Below, piece after piece: positions 1 through 15,000 of a DNA stretch of 64,000 nt (positions are counted from its first letter, which is position 1; each line of letters starts with the position of its first letter). The stretch covers positions 1 to 64,000 of IMG/VR virus record IMGVR_UViG_3300044624_002142. One strand, written 5' to 3'. A program made the position numbers and the translations under genes. Source of the stretch: a virus. The notes beneath the pieces are model-generated. The model was not told where the DNA came from. It did not search any database and saw nothing but the letters and a program-made list of their open reading frames with translations.

Positions 1-3000
1 ACATCTGGTACTTCGGGTACATCAGGCACAAGTGGTGAATCTGGTACTTCAGGTACATCCGGTACTTCAGGCACAAGTGGTGAATCTGGTACATCAGGTA
101 CGTCAGGTACATCAGGTACATCAGGTACTTCGGGTACATCAGGCACAAGTGGTGAATCTGGCACATCGGGTACGTCAGGCACAAGTGGTGAATCTGGCAC
201 ATCGGGTACGTCAGGTACATCAGGTACTTCGGGTACATCAGGCACAAGTGGTGAATCTGGTACTTCAGGTACATCCGGTACTTCAGGCACAAGTGGTGAA
301 TCTGGCACATCGGGTACGTCAGGTACATCAGGCACAAGTGGTGAATCTGGTACATCAGGTACTTCGGGTACATCAGGCACAAGTGGTGAATCTGGTACAT
401 CAGGTACTTCGGGTACATCAGGCACAAGTGGTGAATCTGGTACATCAGGTACTTCCGGCGAATCGGGTACATCGGGTGTAACTGGTACATCAGGTACTTC
501 GGGCACAAGTGGTACTTCAGGAACATCTGGTACATCTGGTACATCGGGTGAATCCGGTACAACTGGTCTTTCTGGTACATCGGGTCTTTCTGGTACATCG
601 GGTCTTTCTGGTACATCGGGTGGAAATGGAACATCAGGTACAAGTGGTGAATCTGGCACATCTGGTACTTCAGGCGAATCTGGTACATCCGGTACGTCAG
701 GTACATCAGGTACGTCGGGTGTCTCTGGTACATCAGGCACTTCAGGCGAATCTGGTACATCAGGTACTTCGGGTGAATCCGGTACATCGGGTACATCAGG
801 TACTTCAGGTACATCAGGTGTCGCTGGTACATCAGGTACTTCGGGCACGTCGGGTGTAGCTGGTACATCAGGTACTTCGGGTGAATCCGGTACATCGGGT
901 ACATCGGGTACATCCGGTACATCAGGTACTTCAGGTACATCAGGTGTAGCTGGTACATCAGGTACATCAGGTACATCAGGTGTCTCTGGTACTTCAGGTA
1001 CATCAGGTACTTCGGGTGAATCCGGTACATCGGGTACTTCAGGCACAAGTGGTACATCGGGTACATCAGGTACTTCGGGTGTAGCTGGTACATCCGGTAC
1101 ATCCGGTACATCCGGTACATCCGGTACATCCGGTACTTCAGGTGAATCCGGTACATCGGGTACATCAGGTACTTCAGGTACATCAGGTGTAGCTGGTACA
1201 TCCGGTACATCAGGTACTTCAGGTACATCAGGTGTCTCTGGTACATCAGGTACTTCGGGTGTAGCTGGTACATCCGGTACATCCGGTACATCCGGTACAT
1301 CGGGTACATCAGGTACTTCAGGTACATCAGGTGTAGCTGGTACATCCGGTACTTCGGGTGTAGCTGGTACATCCGGTACATCCGGTACTTCAGGTGAATC
1401 CGGTACATCGGGTACATCAGGTGTCTCTGGTACATCAGGTACTTCGGGTAGAGATGGTACATCCGGTACATCCGGTACATCCGGTACTTCAGGTGAATCC
1501 GGTACATCGGGTACATCAGGTACTTCGGGTACATCGGGTGCATCAGGTACATCAGGTACATCAGGTACATCAGGTACTTCAGGTACATCAGGTACTTCAG
1601 GTACATCAGGTGTCGCTGGTACATCAGGTACTTCAGGCACGTCGGGTGTAGCTGGTACATCGGGTACATCGGGTGAATCCGGTACATCGGGTACATCGGG
1701 TACATCAGGTACTTCAGGTACATCAGGTGTCTCTGGTACTTCGGGTACATCAGGTACTTCGGGTGTAGCTGGTACATCAGGTACTTCAGGTACATCAGGT
1801 ACTTCGGGTGAATCCGGTACATCGGGTACATCAGGTACTTCGGGTGTAGCTGGTACATCAGGTACAAGTGGTGAATCTGGCACATCTGGTACTTCAGGTG
1901 AATCTGGTACATCCGGTACGTCAGGTACATCAGGTACGTCGGGTGTCTCTGGTACATCAGGTACTTCAGGTACATCGGGTGTAGCTGGTACATCAGGTAC
2001 TTCGGGTACATCAGGTGTCGCTGGTACATCAGGTACTTCGGGTGAATCCGGTACATCGGGTACATCGGGTGCATCAGGTACTTCAGGTACATCAGGTGTC
2101 GCTGGTACATCAGGTACTTCAGGTACATCAGGTGTCGCTGGTACATCAGGTACTTCGGGTACATCAGGTGTCGCTGGTACATCAGGTACTTCGGGTACAT
2201 CAGGTGTCGCTGGTACATCAGGTACTTCGGGTGTAGCTGGTACATCAGGTACTTCGGGTGAATCCGGTACATCGGGTACATCGGGTACATCGGGTTCATC
2301 AGGTACTTCAGGTACTTCGGGCACGTCGGGTGTCTCTGGTACATCAGGTACTTCAGGTGAATCGGGTACATCAGGTACTTCGGGTGTAGCTGGTACATCA
2401 GGTACTTCGGGTGTAGCTGGTACATCAGGTACAAGTGGTACTTCAGGTACATCAGGCACAAGTGGTGAATCTGGTACTTCGGGTACATCAGGCACAAGTG
2501 GTGAATCTGGTACTTCTGGTACTTCAGGTCAGTCGGGTACATCAGGTACATCAGGTGTCGCTGGTACATCAGGTGTCGCTGGTACATCAGGTACTTCGGG
2601 TGTAGCTGGTACATCAGGTACTTCGGGTGTTGCTGGTACATCGGGTACTTCAGGTGTGGCAGGTACGTCAGGTACATCGGGTCAATCTGGAACATCAGGT
2701 ACTTCGGGCACAAGTGGTACATCAGGTCAATCCGGCACATCTGGTACATCGGGTACGTCAGGTGATGCTGGTACAAGTGGTACATCGGGTGTACAAGGTG
2801 CTCAAGGTGCGTCGGGTATTTCTGGTGGACAAAACTTCTTCTTAAATTCAAGTGTATCTCAAACACCGTCTCCATATAAACAACTTGGAAATCAAACAAC
2901 GGTTGCTTCTGAATTTACTCAATCAATCAATTTGGACGCACTTGAAGCTGATAAATTAGTTGTACAATATATTACTGATGTAGGAACACCAAATACTGTT

Positions 3001-6000
3001 GTAGTGCCAAATGGTATATGGCACGCTTACGTGTATTTTACAAAAGAAGCAACTAACCATGATGTTGAAACATATTTTAAAGTTTCTAAATATACCACCG
3101 GTAATGTTAAAACTTTATTGTTTACCAGTGATAGTAGCACAATTCCATATGATAGTGATATTGGTACAAATCCAGTAGAACTCAAAGTCAATGGTGTTGC
3201 TACGTCAGCAATATTGGATCCATCTGATCGATTGATATTTGAATTGTTTGTCACCAATCGTGATAATCACATTCGTACCGTCGTATTTTATACAGAAGGA
3301 ACCCAACATTATTCTTACGTTGTAACTACTATTAGTCAATCATCAGGTACTTCAGGTACTTCAGGTGTACAAGGTGCAAGTGGTACAAGTGGTACTTCGG
3401 GTGTACAAGGCGCAAGTGGTACAAGTGGTACTTCGGGTGCTCAAGGTGTAAGTGGTACATCAGGTACATCGGGTGTACAAGGCGCAAGTGGTACAAGTGG
3501 TACTTCGGGTGCTCAAGGTGTAAGTGGTACAAGTGGAACATCTGGTGAATCTGGTACAAGTGGAACGTCAGGTCAGTCGGGTACATCGGGTACATCAGGT
3601 CAGTCGGGTACATCCGGTACTTCAGGCACAAGTGGTGAATCTGGTACATCAGGTACATCAGGTACATCAGGTACATCGGGTGTCGCTGGTACATCAGGTA
3701 CTTCGGGTGTTCAAGGTGCAAGTGGTACATCAGGTACTTCGGGTGTTCAAGGTGCAAGTGGTACATCAGGTACTTCGGGTGTTCAAGGTGCAAGTGGTAC
3801 ATCAGGTACTTCGGGTGTTCAAGGTGCAAGTGGTACATCAGGTACTTCGGGTGTTCAAGGTGCAAGTGGTACAAGTGGTACTTCGGGTGTTCAAGGTGCA
3901 AGTGGTACAAGTGGTACTTCGGGTGCAGCTGGTACAAGTGGTACTTCGGGTGTTCAAGGTGCAAGTGGTACATCAGGTCAGTCGGGTACATCAGGTACAT
4001 CGGGTACATCGGGTACATCGGGTACATCAGGTACATCGGGTACATCAGGTACATCGGGTACATCGGGTACATCGGGCAGTTCTGGTACATCAGGCACAAG
4101 TGGTAGAGCTGGCACATCAGGCACAACTGGTACAAGTGGTACAAGTGGTACAAGTGGTACGTCGGGTAGAGCTGGTACCGCTGGTACATCGGGTGCAAGT
4201 GTTAGTGTAAGTGGAACTCTAAATACGTTGGTTAAACTTACTAGTGCTACTACGATTGGTAACACGACCACGCCTGTTTTTGAAACTGGTTCAAGAATTG
4301 CTATCGGTTCGTCTACAGTTCCGGATGGTACTTTGGATGTAACTAGTACACAAGCATCTGGATCGTCCGTGTTTAATGTTAAAGGTACCGCTGGATTACT
4401 ATTCAATGTATCTGATTCACTCAGTGGTAGTTTATTCTCTGTAAATAATATTACAGGATTGCCAATCGCAGAAGTGTTCAGTGATAACAGAGTTGTTTTG
4501 GGTGCTTATAACAAAAATGATTTAGTAATTAGTAGTAGTCGTACAGGTATTAACGTTGCTTCACCAACAGCTCAATTGCACGTAAGTGGTAGTGGTAGTG
4601 GTAGTTTGGCTACATTAAAACTAGAAGGACTTGTAAGTAACAATACCGGCTTCTATTTAACTGTAGACGATACTACAGGAGTTGTATATAAGACCGGTGG
4701 TGGTACTTCAGGCACTTCAGGTAGAGATGGTACTTCAGGTACATCAGGTAGAGATGGTACTTCGGGTACATCAGGCACCTCAGGTGTTTCTGGTACAAGT
4801 GGTACTTCGGGTACATCAGGTACATCAGGTACTTCGGGTGTTCAAGGTGCAAGTGGTACATCTGGTACATCAGGTGCGGGTTCTCCGGGTGGCAGTGGTT
4901 CATCTGGTACAACCGGTACATCGGGTGTTGCAGGTACTTCAGGTGTTCAAGGCGCAAGTGGTACATCAGGTACTTCGGGCGTACAAGGTGAATCTGGTAC
5001 ATCAGGTACTTCAGGTGTTCAAGGCGCAAGTGGTACATCAGGTACTTCGGGAGTCGATGGTACGTCAGGTACTTCGGGTACTTCAGGCGAATCTGGTACG
5101 TCAGGTACTTCGGGTACTTCAGGCGAATCTGGTACATCAGGTACGTCGGGTGTTTCTGGTACAAGTGGTACTTCAGGTACTTCAGGTACTTCAGGTACTT
5201 CAGGTGTAGCTGGTACATCAGGTACATCGGGTGCTGCTGGTACATCAGGTACTTCAGGTACTTCAGGTACATCGGGTGTAGCTGGTACATCAGGTACATC
5301 GGGTGTAGCTGGTACATCGGGTACTTCGGGTACATCAGGTACTTCAGGTGAATCGGGCACTTCAGGTACATCGGGTATTTCTGGTACATCAGGTACTTCA
5401 GGTACATCGGGTGTCGCAGGTACTTCGGGAACATCAGGTGTCGCAGGTACTTCAGGTACGTCCGGTACATCGGGTGTCGCTGGTACGTCAGGTACATCGG
5501 GTGTCGCAGGTACATCGGGTACATCGGGTACATCAGGTGAATCGGGCACTTCAGGTACATCGGGTATTTCTGGTACATCAGGTACTTCAGGTACATCGGG
5601 TATTTCTGGTACATCAGGTACTTCAGGTACATCGGGTGTCGCAGGTACTTCAGGTACGTCCGGTACATCGGGTGTCGCTGGTACGTCAGGTACATCGGGT
5701 GTCGCTGGTACGTCAGGTACATCGGGTGTCGCAGGTACATCGGGTACATCGGGTACATCGGGTACATCTGGTACATCTGGTACATCTGGTACATCTGGTA
5801 CATCTGGTACATCTGGTACATCTGGTACATCTGGTACATCAGGTACTTCGGGTGTAGCTGGTACATCAGGTACATCGGGTGTACAAGGCGCAAGTGGTAC
5901 AAGTGGAACATCGGGTGTACAAGGCGCAAGTGGTACAAGTGGAACATCGGGTGTACAAGGCGCAAGTGGTACAAGTGGTACAAGTGGAACATCGGGTGTA

Positions 6001-9000
6001 CAAGGTGCAAGTGGTACAAGTGGTACAAGTGGAACTTCGGGTGTACAAGGTGCAAGTGGTACAAGTGGTACAAGTGGAACATCGGGTGTACAAGGCGCAA
6101 GTGGTACAAGTGGAACCTCGGGTACATCGGGTGCAGCTGGTACAAGTGGTACTTCGGGTACGTCAGGTGTTGCTGGTACAAGTGGAACCTCGGGAACAAG
6201 TGGTACCGCTGGTACATCGGGTACAAGTGTTGCTGTAAGTGGAACTGCCAATACGTTGGTTAAATTTACTAGTGCTACTACGATTGGTAATACATCAACG
6301 CCGGTATTTGAGAGCGGTTCAAGAATTTCTATTGGTTATTCAGGAAGTAGTATAGACGGAACGTTAGATGTAACCAGTACACAAGCATCTGGATCATCTG
6401 TATTTAATGTTAAAGGCGTCAGCGGTACATTATTTAGTATTAGTGATACGCTCAGTGGTAGTTTGTTTGTTGTTAATAATATTTCAGGATTGCCAATCGC
6501 AGAAGTGTTCAGTGATAACAGAGTTGTTTTGGGTGCTTACAACAAAAACGACTTGGTAATCAGCAGTAGTCGTACAGGTATCAATGTTGCTTCTCCAACA
6601 TCTCAGTTGCACGTAAGTGGTAGTGGTTCGGGATCCACATTACGATTGGAAGGTCTCGTAAATAATAACACCGGCTTCTATTTGACAGTAGATAACGCTA
6701 CAGGTGCTGTATATAAGAGTAACGTCGGTTCCGCTGGTACATCGGGTGTATCAGGTACTTCGGGTACATCGGGTAGAGCTGGTACATCAGGTACTTCGGG
6801 TACAAGTGGAACCTCGGGTACATCAGGTACTTCAGGTGCTCAAGGTGCAGCCGGTACAAGTGGTACCTCAGGTGTTCAAGGCGCAACCGGTACAAGTGGT
6901 ACTTCGGGCGCTCAAGGCGCAATCGGTACAAGTGGTACTTCGGGTGCTCAAGGCGCAGCCGGTACAAGTGGTACTTCGGGTGCTCAAGGCGCAGCCGGTA
7001 CAAGTGGTACTTCGGGTGCTCAAGGCGCAGCCGGTACAAGTGGTACTTCGGGTGCTCAAGGCGCAGCCGGTACAAGTGGTACTTCGGGTGTAAATGGTAC
7101 ATCAGGTACATCGGGTGTAAATGGTACATCGGGTACATCAGGTAGAGATGGTACTTCGGGTACATCAGGTACATCTGGTAGAGATGGTACATCTGGTACT
7201 TCGGGTAGAGATGGTACATCGGGTACATCAGGTACATCAGGTACTTCGGGTACATCAGGTACATCAGGTACTTCGGGTACATCAGGTACATCTGGTACGT
7301 CAGGTACATCGGGTACGTCAGGTACAACTGGTACTTCAGGCACATCAGGTAGAGATGGTACTTCGGGTACATCAGGTACATCTGGTAGAGATGGTACATC
7401 TGGTACTTCGGGTAGAGATGGTACATCGGGTACATCAGGTACATCAGGTACATCAGGTACATCAGGTACATCGGGTACATCAGGTACATCTGGTACGTCA
7501 GGTACATCGGGTACATCAGGTACATCTGGTACCTCTGGTAAAGATGGTACTTCAGGCACTTCAGGTAGAGATGGTACTTCGGGTACATCAGGTAGAGATG
7601 GCACATCGGGTACATCAGGTACATCAGGTACATCAGGTACATCGGGTACGTCAGGTACATCTGGCACGTCAGGCACATCGGGTACATCAGGTACATCGGG
7701 TACATCGGGTACATCGGGTACATCGGGTACATCGGGTACATCAGGTACATCAGGTAGAGATGGTACTTCGGGTACATCAGGTACATCCGGTAGAGACGGT
7801 ACATCGGGTACATCAGGTACATCAGGTACATCGGGTACATCTGGTACATCGGGTACATCTGGTACATCAGGTACATCGGGTACATCAGGTACATCGGGTA
7901 CATCGGGTACATCGGGTATATCGGGTACATCAGGTACAGCTGGTACTTCTGGTAAAGATGGTACTTCAGGCACATCAGGTAGAGATGGTACTTCGGGTAC
8001 ATCAGGTACATCCGGTAGAGATGGTACATCAGGTACATCGGGTACATCAGGTACATCGGGTACATCAGGTACATCAGGTACTTCGGGTACATCAGGTACT
8101 TCGGGTACATCAGGTACATCGGGTACATCAGGTACAAGTGGTACATCGGGTGTCGCAGGTACTTCGGGTACATCAGGTAGAGATGGTACTTCGGGTACAT
8201 CAGGTAGAGATGGTACTTCGGGTACATCAGGTACATCCGGTAGAGACGGTACATCGGGTACATCGGGTACATCAGGTACATCAGGTACATCAGGTACATC
8301 TGGTACATCTGGTACATCAGGCACAAGTGGTACTTCGGGTACATCTGGTACATCTGGTACATCTGGTACATCGGGTACATCAGGTACATCAGGTACATCA
8401 GGTACAGCTGGTACTTCGGGCAGAGACGGTACATCAGGTACTTCTGGTACTTCAGGTAGAGACGGTACATCAGGTACAAGTGGTACATCAGGTACTTCGG
8501 GTACATCAGGTACATCGGGTACATCGGGTACATCAGGTACAAGTGGTACATCGGGTACATCGGGTACATCGGGTACGTCTGGTAAAGATGGTACCTCGGG
8601 TACATCAGGTACATCGGGTAGAGATGGTACGTCTGGTACTTCAGGTACATCAGGTACTTCTGGTAGAGACGGTACATCAGGTACAAGTGGTACATCAGGT
8701 ACAACTGGTACATCAGGTACATCAGGTACATCAGGTACAAGTGGTACATCAGGTACATCAGGTACATCGGGTACGTCAGGTACATCAGGTGCGTCAGGTA
8801 CATCAGGTACATCAGGTACATCAGGTACTTCGGGTAGAGATGGTACATCTGGTACATCAGGTACTTCTGGTAGAGACGGTACATCAGGTACTTCGGGTAC
8901 ATCAGGTACTTCGGGTACATCAGGTACATCGGGTACATCAGGTACTTCGGGTACATCAGGTACAAGTGGTACAAGTGGTACATCCGGTACTTCAGGAACA

Positions 9001-12000
9001 TCGGGTACATCAGGTACATCTGGTAAAGACGGTACATCAGGTACTTCGGGTACATCAGGCACTTCAGGTAGAGATGGTACATCAGGTACAAGTGGAACCT
9101 CGGGTACATCAGGTACAAGTGGTACATCTGGTACTTCGGGTACATCGGGTACGTCAGGTACATCAGGTACAACTGGTACTTCAGGCACATCAGGTACAAC
9201 TGGTACTTCAGGCACATCAGGTAGAGATGGTACATCTGGTACATCAGGTACTTCGGGTAGAGATGGTACATCTGGTACATCTGGTACATCAGGTAGAGAC
9301 GGTACATCAGGTACAAGTGGTACATCGGGTACATCTGGTACATCAGGTACATCCGGTACATCGGGTACATCAGGTACATCGGGTACATCAGGTACATCCG
9401 GTATTTCGGGTACTTCGGGTACGTCAGGTACTTCAGGTAGAGATGGTACATCAGGTACAAGTGGAACCTCGGGTACATCAGGTACAAGTGGTACAACTGG
9501 TACTTCGGGTACGTCAGGTACAAGTGGTACAACTGGTACTTCGGGTACGTCAGGTACAAGTGGTACATCCGGTACAAGTGGTACTTCGGGTACATCAGGT
9601 AAAGATGGCACTTCTGGTACGTCCGGTACTTCGGGTACTTCGGGTACTTCGGGTAGAGATGGTACATCAGGTACATCAGGTACATCAGGTACATCAGGTA
9701 CTTCGGGTACTTCGGGTACATCAGGTACATCGGGTACATCAGGCACTTCCGGTACAAGTGGTACAAGTGGCACATCCGGCACTTCTGGCACTTCCGGTAC
9801 AAGTGGTACATCAGGTACATCCGGCAGAGATGGTACGTCTGGTACTTCAGGTACTTCGGGTAGAGATGGTACATCCGGTACAAGTGGTACATCCGGTACA
9901 AGTGGTACATCCGGTACAAGTGGTACATCAGGTACATCGGGTACAAGTGGTACGTCTGGTACAACCGGTACAAGTGGTACTTCTGGTACAAGTGGTACAT
10001 CAGGTACAACTGGTACATCGGGTACGTCAGGTAGAGACGGCACATCAGGTACAAGTGGTACATCCGGCACAACTGGTACATCAGGTACAACTGGTACATC
10101 AGGTACAACTGGTACATCAGGTACAACTGGTACATCAGGTACATCAGGTACATCAGGTACATCAGGTACATCAGGTACATCAGGTGTAACTGGTACATCA
10201 GGTACTTCAGGTACATCGGGAACTTCAGGTAGAGACGGTACATCGGGAACTTCAGGTAGAGACGGTACATCAGGTACATCTGGTACGTCAGGTACATCGG
10301 GTACGTCAGGTACAAGTGGTACAACTGGTACTTCGGGTACGTCAGGTACAGGTGGTACAACTGGTACTTCGGGTACATCGGGTACATCGGGTACAAGTGG
10401 TACATCAGGTACAAGTGGTACATCAGGTACTTCAGGTACTTCAGGTAGAGACGGTACATCAGGTACAAGTGGCACATCTGGTACGACTGGCACATCGGGT
10501 ACAAGTGGTACAACTGGTACTTCGGGTACATCAGGTACATCAGGTACATCAGGTACAAGTGGTACTTCTGGTACATCAGGTACATCAGGTACAAGTGGTA
10601 CTTCTGGTACTTCAGGTAGAGACGGCACATCAGGTACTTCAGGTAGAGACGGTACATCAGGTACAAGTGGCACATCCGGCACTACTGGTACATCAGGTAC
10701 AACTGGTACATCGGGTACATCGGGTACATCAGGTACATCGGGTACATCGGGTACATCAGGTACATCAGGTACAAGTGGTACTTCGGGTACATCAGGTACA
10801 AGTGGAACCTCGGGTACGTCAGGTACGTCAGGTACTTCAGGTAGAGATGGTACATCGGGTACAAGTGGCACGTCCGGCACAACCGGTACATCAGGTACAT
10901 CCGGCACAACCGGTACATCAGGTACTTCGGGTACATCAGGCACAAGTGGTACTTCAGGTACATCAGGTACGTCAGGTACTTCGGGTACATCAGGTACTTC
11001 AGGTAGAGACGGTACATCAGGTACAAGTGGTACATCCGGTACAACTGGTACATCAGGTACAAGTGGTACGTCGGGTACAACTGGTACATCGGGTACATCA
11101 GGTACTTCGGGTACATCAGGCACAAGTGGTACTTCAGGTACATCAGGTACGTCAGGTACTTCGGGTACATCAGGTACTTCAGGTAGAGACGGTACATCAG
11201 GTACAAGTGGTACATCCGGTACAACTGGTACATCAGGTACAAGTGGTACGTCGGGTACAACTGGTACATCGGGTACATCGGGTACATCGGGTACATCAGG
11301 CACAAGTGGTACTTCGGGTACATCAGGCACAAGTGGAACCTCAGGTACATCAGGTACTTCAGGTACTTCGGGTAGAGATGGTACATCGGGTACAAGTGGC
11401 ACATCCGGCACAACCGGTACATCAGGTACTTCGGGTACATCAGGTACAACTGGTACATCAGGTACTTCGGGTACATCGGGCACAAGTGGTACTTCAGGTA
11501 CGTCAGGTACTTCGGGTACATCAGGTACATCAGGTACTTCAGGTAGAGATGGTACATCGGGTACAAGTGGTACATCCGGCACAACTGGTACATCAGGTAC
11601 AAGTGGTACGTCAGGTACAACTGGTACATCGGGTACATCGGGTACATCGGGTACATCAGGCACAAGTGGTACTTCGGGTACATCAGGCACAAGTGGAACC
11701 TCGGGTACATCAGGTACTTCAGGTACTTCAGGTAGAGATGGTACATCGGGTACAAGTGGTACATCCGGCACAACCGGTACATCAGGTACTTCGGGTACAT
11801 CAGGTACAACTGGTACATCAGGTACTTCGGGTACATCGGGCACAAGTGGTACTTCAGGTACGTCAGGTACATCAGGTACGTCAGGTACTTCGGGTACATC
11901 AGGTACATCAGGTACTTCAGGTACTTCAGGTAGAGATGGTACATCGGGTACAAGTGGTACATCCGGCACAACCGGTACATCAGGTACTTCGGGTACATCA

Positions 12001-15000
12001 GGTACATCAGGTACTTCGGGTACATCGGGCACAAGTGGTACTTCAGGTACGTCAGGCACATCAGGTACGTCAGGTACTTCGGGTACATCAGGTACATCAG
12101 GTACTTCAGGTACTTCAGGTAGAGATGGTACATCGGGTACAAGTGGTACATCCGGCACAACCGGTACATCAGGTACTTCGGGTACATCAGGTACATCAGG
12201 TACTTCGGGTACATCGGGCACAAGTGGTACTTCAGGTACGTCAGGTACAAGTGGTACATCAGGTACTTCGGGTACATCAGGTACTTCAGGTAGAGATGGT
12301 ACATCGGGTACAAGTGGTACATCCGGCACAACTGGTACATCAGGTACAAGTGGTACGTCAGGTACAACTGGTACATCGGGTACATCGGGTACATCAGGCA
12401 CAAGTGGTACTTCGGGTACATCAGGCACAAGTGGTACTTCGGGTACATCAGGCACAAGTGGAACCTCGGGTACATCAGGTACTTCAGGTACTTCAGGTAG
12501 AGATGGTACATCGGGTACAAGTGGTACATCCGGCACAACCGGTACATCAGGTACTTCGGGTACATCAGGTACATCAGGTACATCAGGTACTTCGGGTACA
12601 TCGGGCACAAGTGGTACTTCAGGTACGTCAGGCACGTCAGGTACTTCGGGTACATCAGGTACATCAGGTACTTCAGGTAGAGATGGTACATCGGGTACAA
12701 GTGGTACATCCGGCACAACTGGTACATCAGGTACTTCGGGTACATCAGGTACAACTGGTACTTCGGGTACATCGGGCACAAGTGGTACTTCAGGTACGTC
12801 AGGTACTTCGGGTACATCAGGTACATCAGGTACTTCAGGTAGAGATGGTACATCGGGTACAAGTGGTACATCCGGCACAACTGGTACATCAGGTACAAGT
12901 GGTACGTCAGGTACAACTGGTACATCGGGTACATCGGGTACATCAGGCACAAGTGGTACTTCGGGTACATCAGGCACAAGTGGTACTTCGGGTACATCAG
13001 GCACAAGTGGAACCTCGGGTACATCAGGTACTTCAGGTACTTCAGGTAGAGATGGTACATCGGGTACAAGTGGTACATCCGGCACAACCGGTACATCAGG
13101 TACTTCGGGTACATCAGGTACAACTGGTACATCAGGTACTTCGGGTACATCGGGCACAAGTGGTACTTCAGGTACGTCAGGTACATCAGGTACGTCAGGT
13201 ACTTCGGGTACATCAGGTACATCAGGTACTTCAGGTACTTCAGGTACTTCAGGTAGAGATGGTACATCGGGTACAAGTGGTACATCCGGCACAACCGGTA
13301 CATCAGGTACTTCGGGTACATCAGGTACTTCGGGTACATCAGGTACAACTGGTACATCAGGTACTTCGGGTACATCGGGCACAAGTGGTACGTCAGGTAC
13401 ATCAGGTACGTCAGGTACGTCAGGTACTTCGGGTACATCAGGTACTTCAGGTACTTCAGGTACTTCAGGTAGAGATGGTACATCGGGTACAAGTGGTACA
13501 TCCGGCACAACTGGTACATCAGGTACAAGTGGTACGTCAGGTACAACTGGTACATCGGGTACATCGGGTACATCGGGTACATCAGGCACAAGTGGTACTT
13601 CGGGTACATCAGGCACAAGTGGAACCTCGGGTACATCAGGTACATCAGGTACTTCAGGTACTTCAGGTAGAGATGGTACATCGGGTACAAGTGGTACATC
13701 AGGTACATCAGGTACGTCAGGTACTTCTGGTACATCGGGTACAAGTGGAACCTCGGGTACAAGTGGTACATCGGGTACAAGTGGTACAAGTGGTACATCA
13801 GGTACAAGTGGTACATCGGGTACATCGGGTACAAGTGGAACCTCGGGTACAAGTGGTACATCGGGTACAAGTGGAACTTCCGGTATAGATGGTCAAGTAG
13901 GAATGTTTGGCGGTAATTCAGTATTGTATAGATACGCAAGCGTAGCTAAGGATCCAGATTATTATCCAGTCTTCGCAGCAGAAGCATGTTTCCCAACTGC
14001 TTCGTTCGGTAGTGTTATTAACGTTGATTACAGATCAATGACTTTATATCCGCCAGGTGATTTTAGTATAACACCAACGACGAATGTAACAAAATGGTGG
14101 CAATCTGTATCGGCATCTGTGCCTGGATATTTAAGAGTCAGTCACGCTTTCAGTTCTAGTAGATTCGTAATCACTAAAGTTACATCCGTACAAGAGTTTG
14201 CATCTAGTCCGTTTGTAGGTTTCCAAATAACTGGTACTCCAGTTATGTCATCATCGATTGATCCATTCACCGACAATCTTGCTGAACCCGCTGATCGATT
14301 GGTTATGACATGGACAGCAAATGGTGCAAGTGGTACATCGGGTACATCGGGTACATCGGGTACATCGGGTACATCGGGTACATCGGGTACATCGGGTACA
14401 TCGGGTACATCGGGTACATCGGGTACATCGGGTACAAGTGGAACCTCAGGTACAAGTGGAACCTCAGGTACATCAGGTACAAGTGGTACATCGGGTACAA
14501 GTGGTACATCAGGTACAAGTGGTACATCGGGTACATCGGGTACATCGGGTACATCGGGTACATCGGGTACATCAGGTACATCAGGTACAAGTGGTACATC
14601 GGGTGCAGCAGGTCAGAACGCGTCTAACGTTATACAGTGGTTGTACGATACAAACATTCGTGATTCCGCTCCAAACGTAACAACTGTGGCTAGTGGTTCA
14701 GCCGGTGCCGTCAGTGGAAGTTTGTATATATCAGAATACTCATATCCATTTGTTGCTCCGGGAAATAATTATTTTGACTTATTTAATACAATAAATAACG
14801 TTAATAATCCTACAAAAGCAGTCGTTACAGTAACAGCAAAAGATGATCCTACAACATGGCAGATCTATAAAATTACTAGTGCTGCTTATTTTAATTTGAA
14901 AAGATATTGGGTTTTCGGTATCACTGGTCTTGGATCTGGTAATGGAGATAATACATGGGGTACTGTTCAGAATTTGACATTTAGTTTCTCTGGTGAATCT

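Noticed and set aside
2656-2658. Track start codon of the giant ORF
   Set aside because: It is an internal Val GTG. The frame is open back to base 1, so the true start lies outside the window.
7056-13616. 2,186-aa minus-strand ORF (VPD/VPE repeats) and the other long alternative-frame ORFs (VHQ, MYP/MYL repeats) across 1-15529
   Set aside because: These are shadows of the 9-bp repeat, which lacks stops in several frames. They close at or near the non-repetitive inserts, and variation is synonymous only in the GTS frame.
7141-13680. Integrin-binding RGD motifs
   Set aside because: The sequence is G-R-D-G, not R-G-D.
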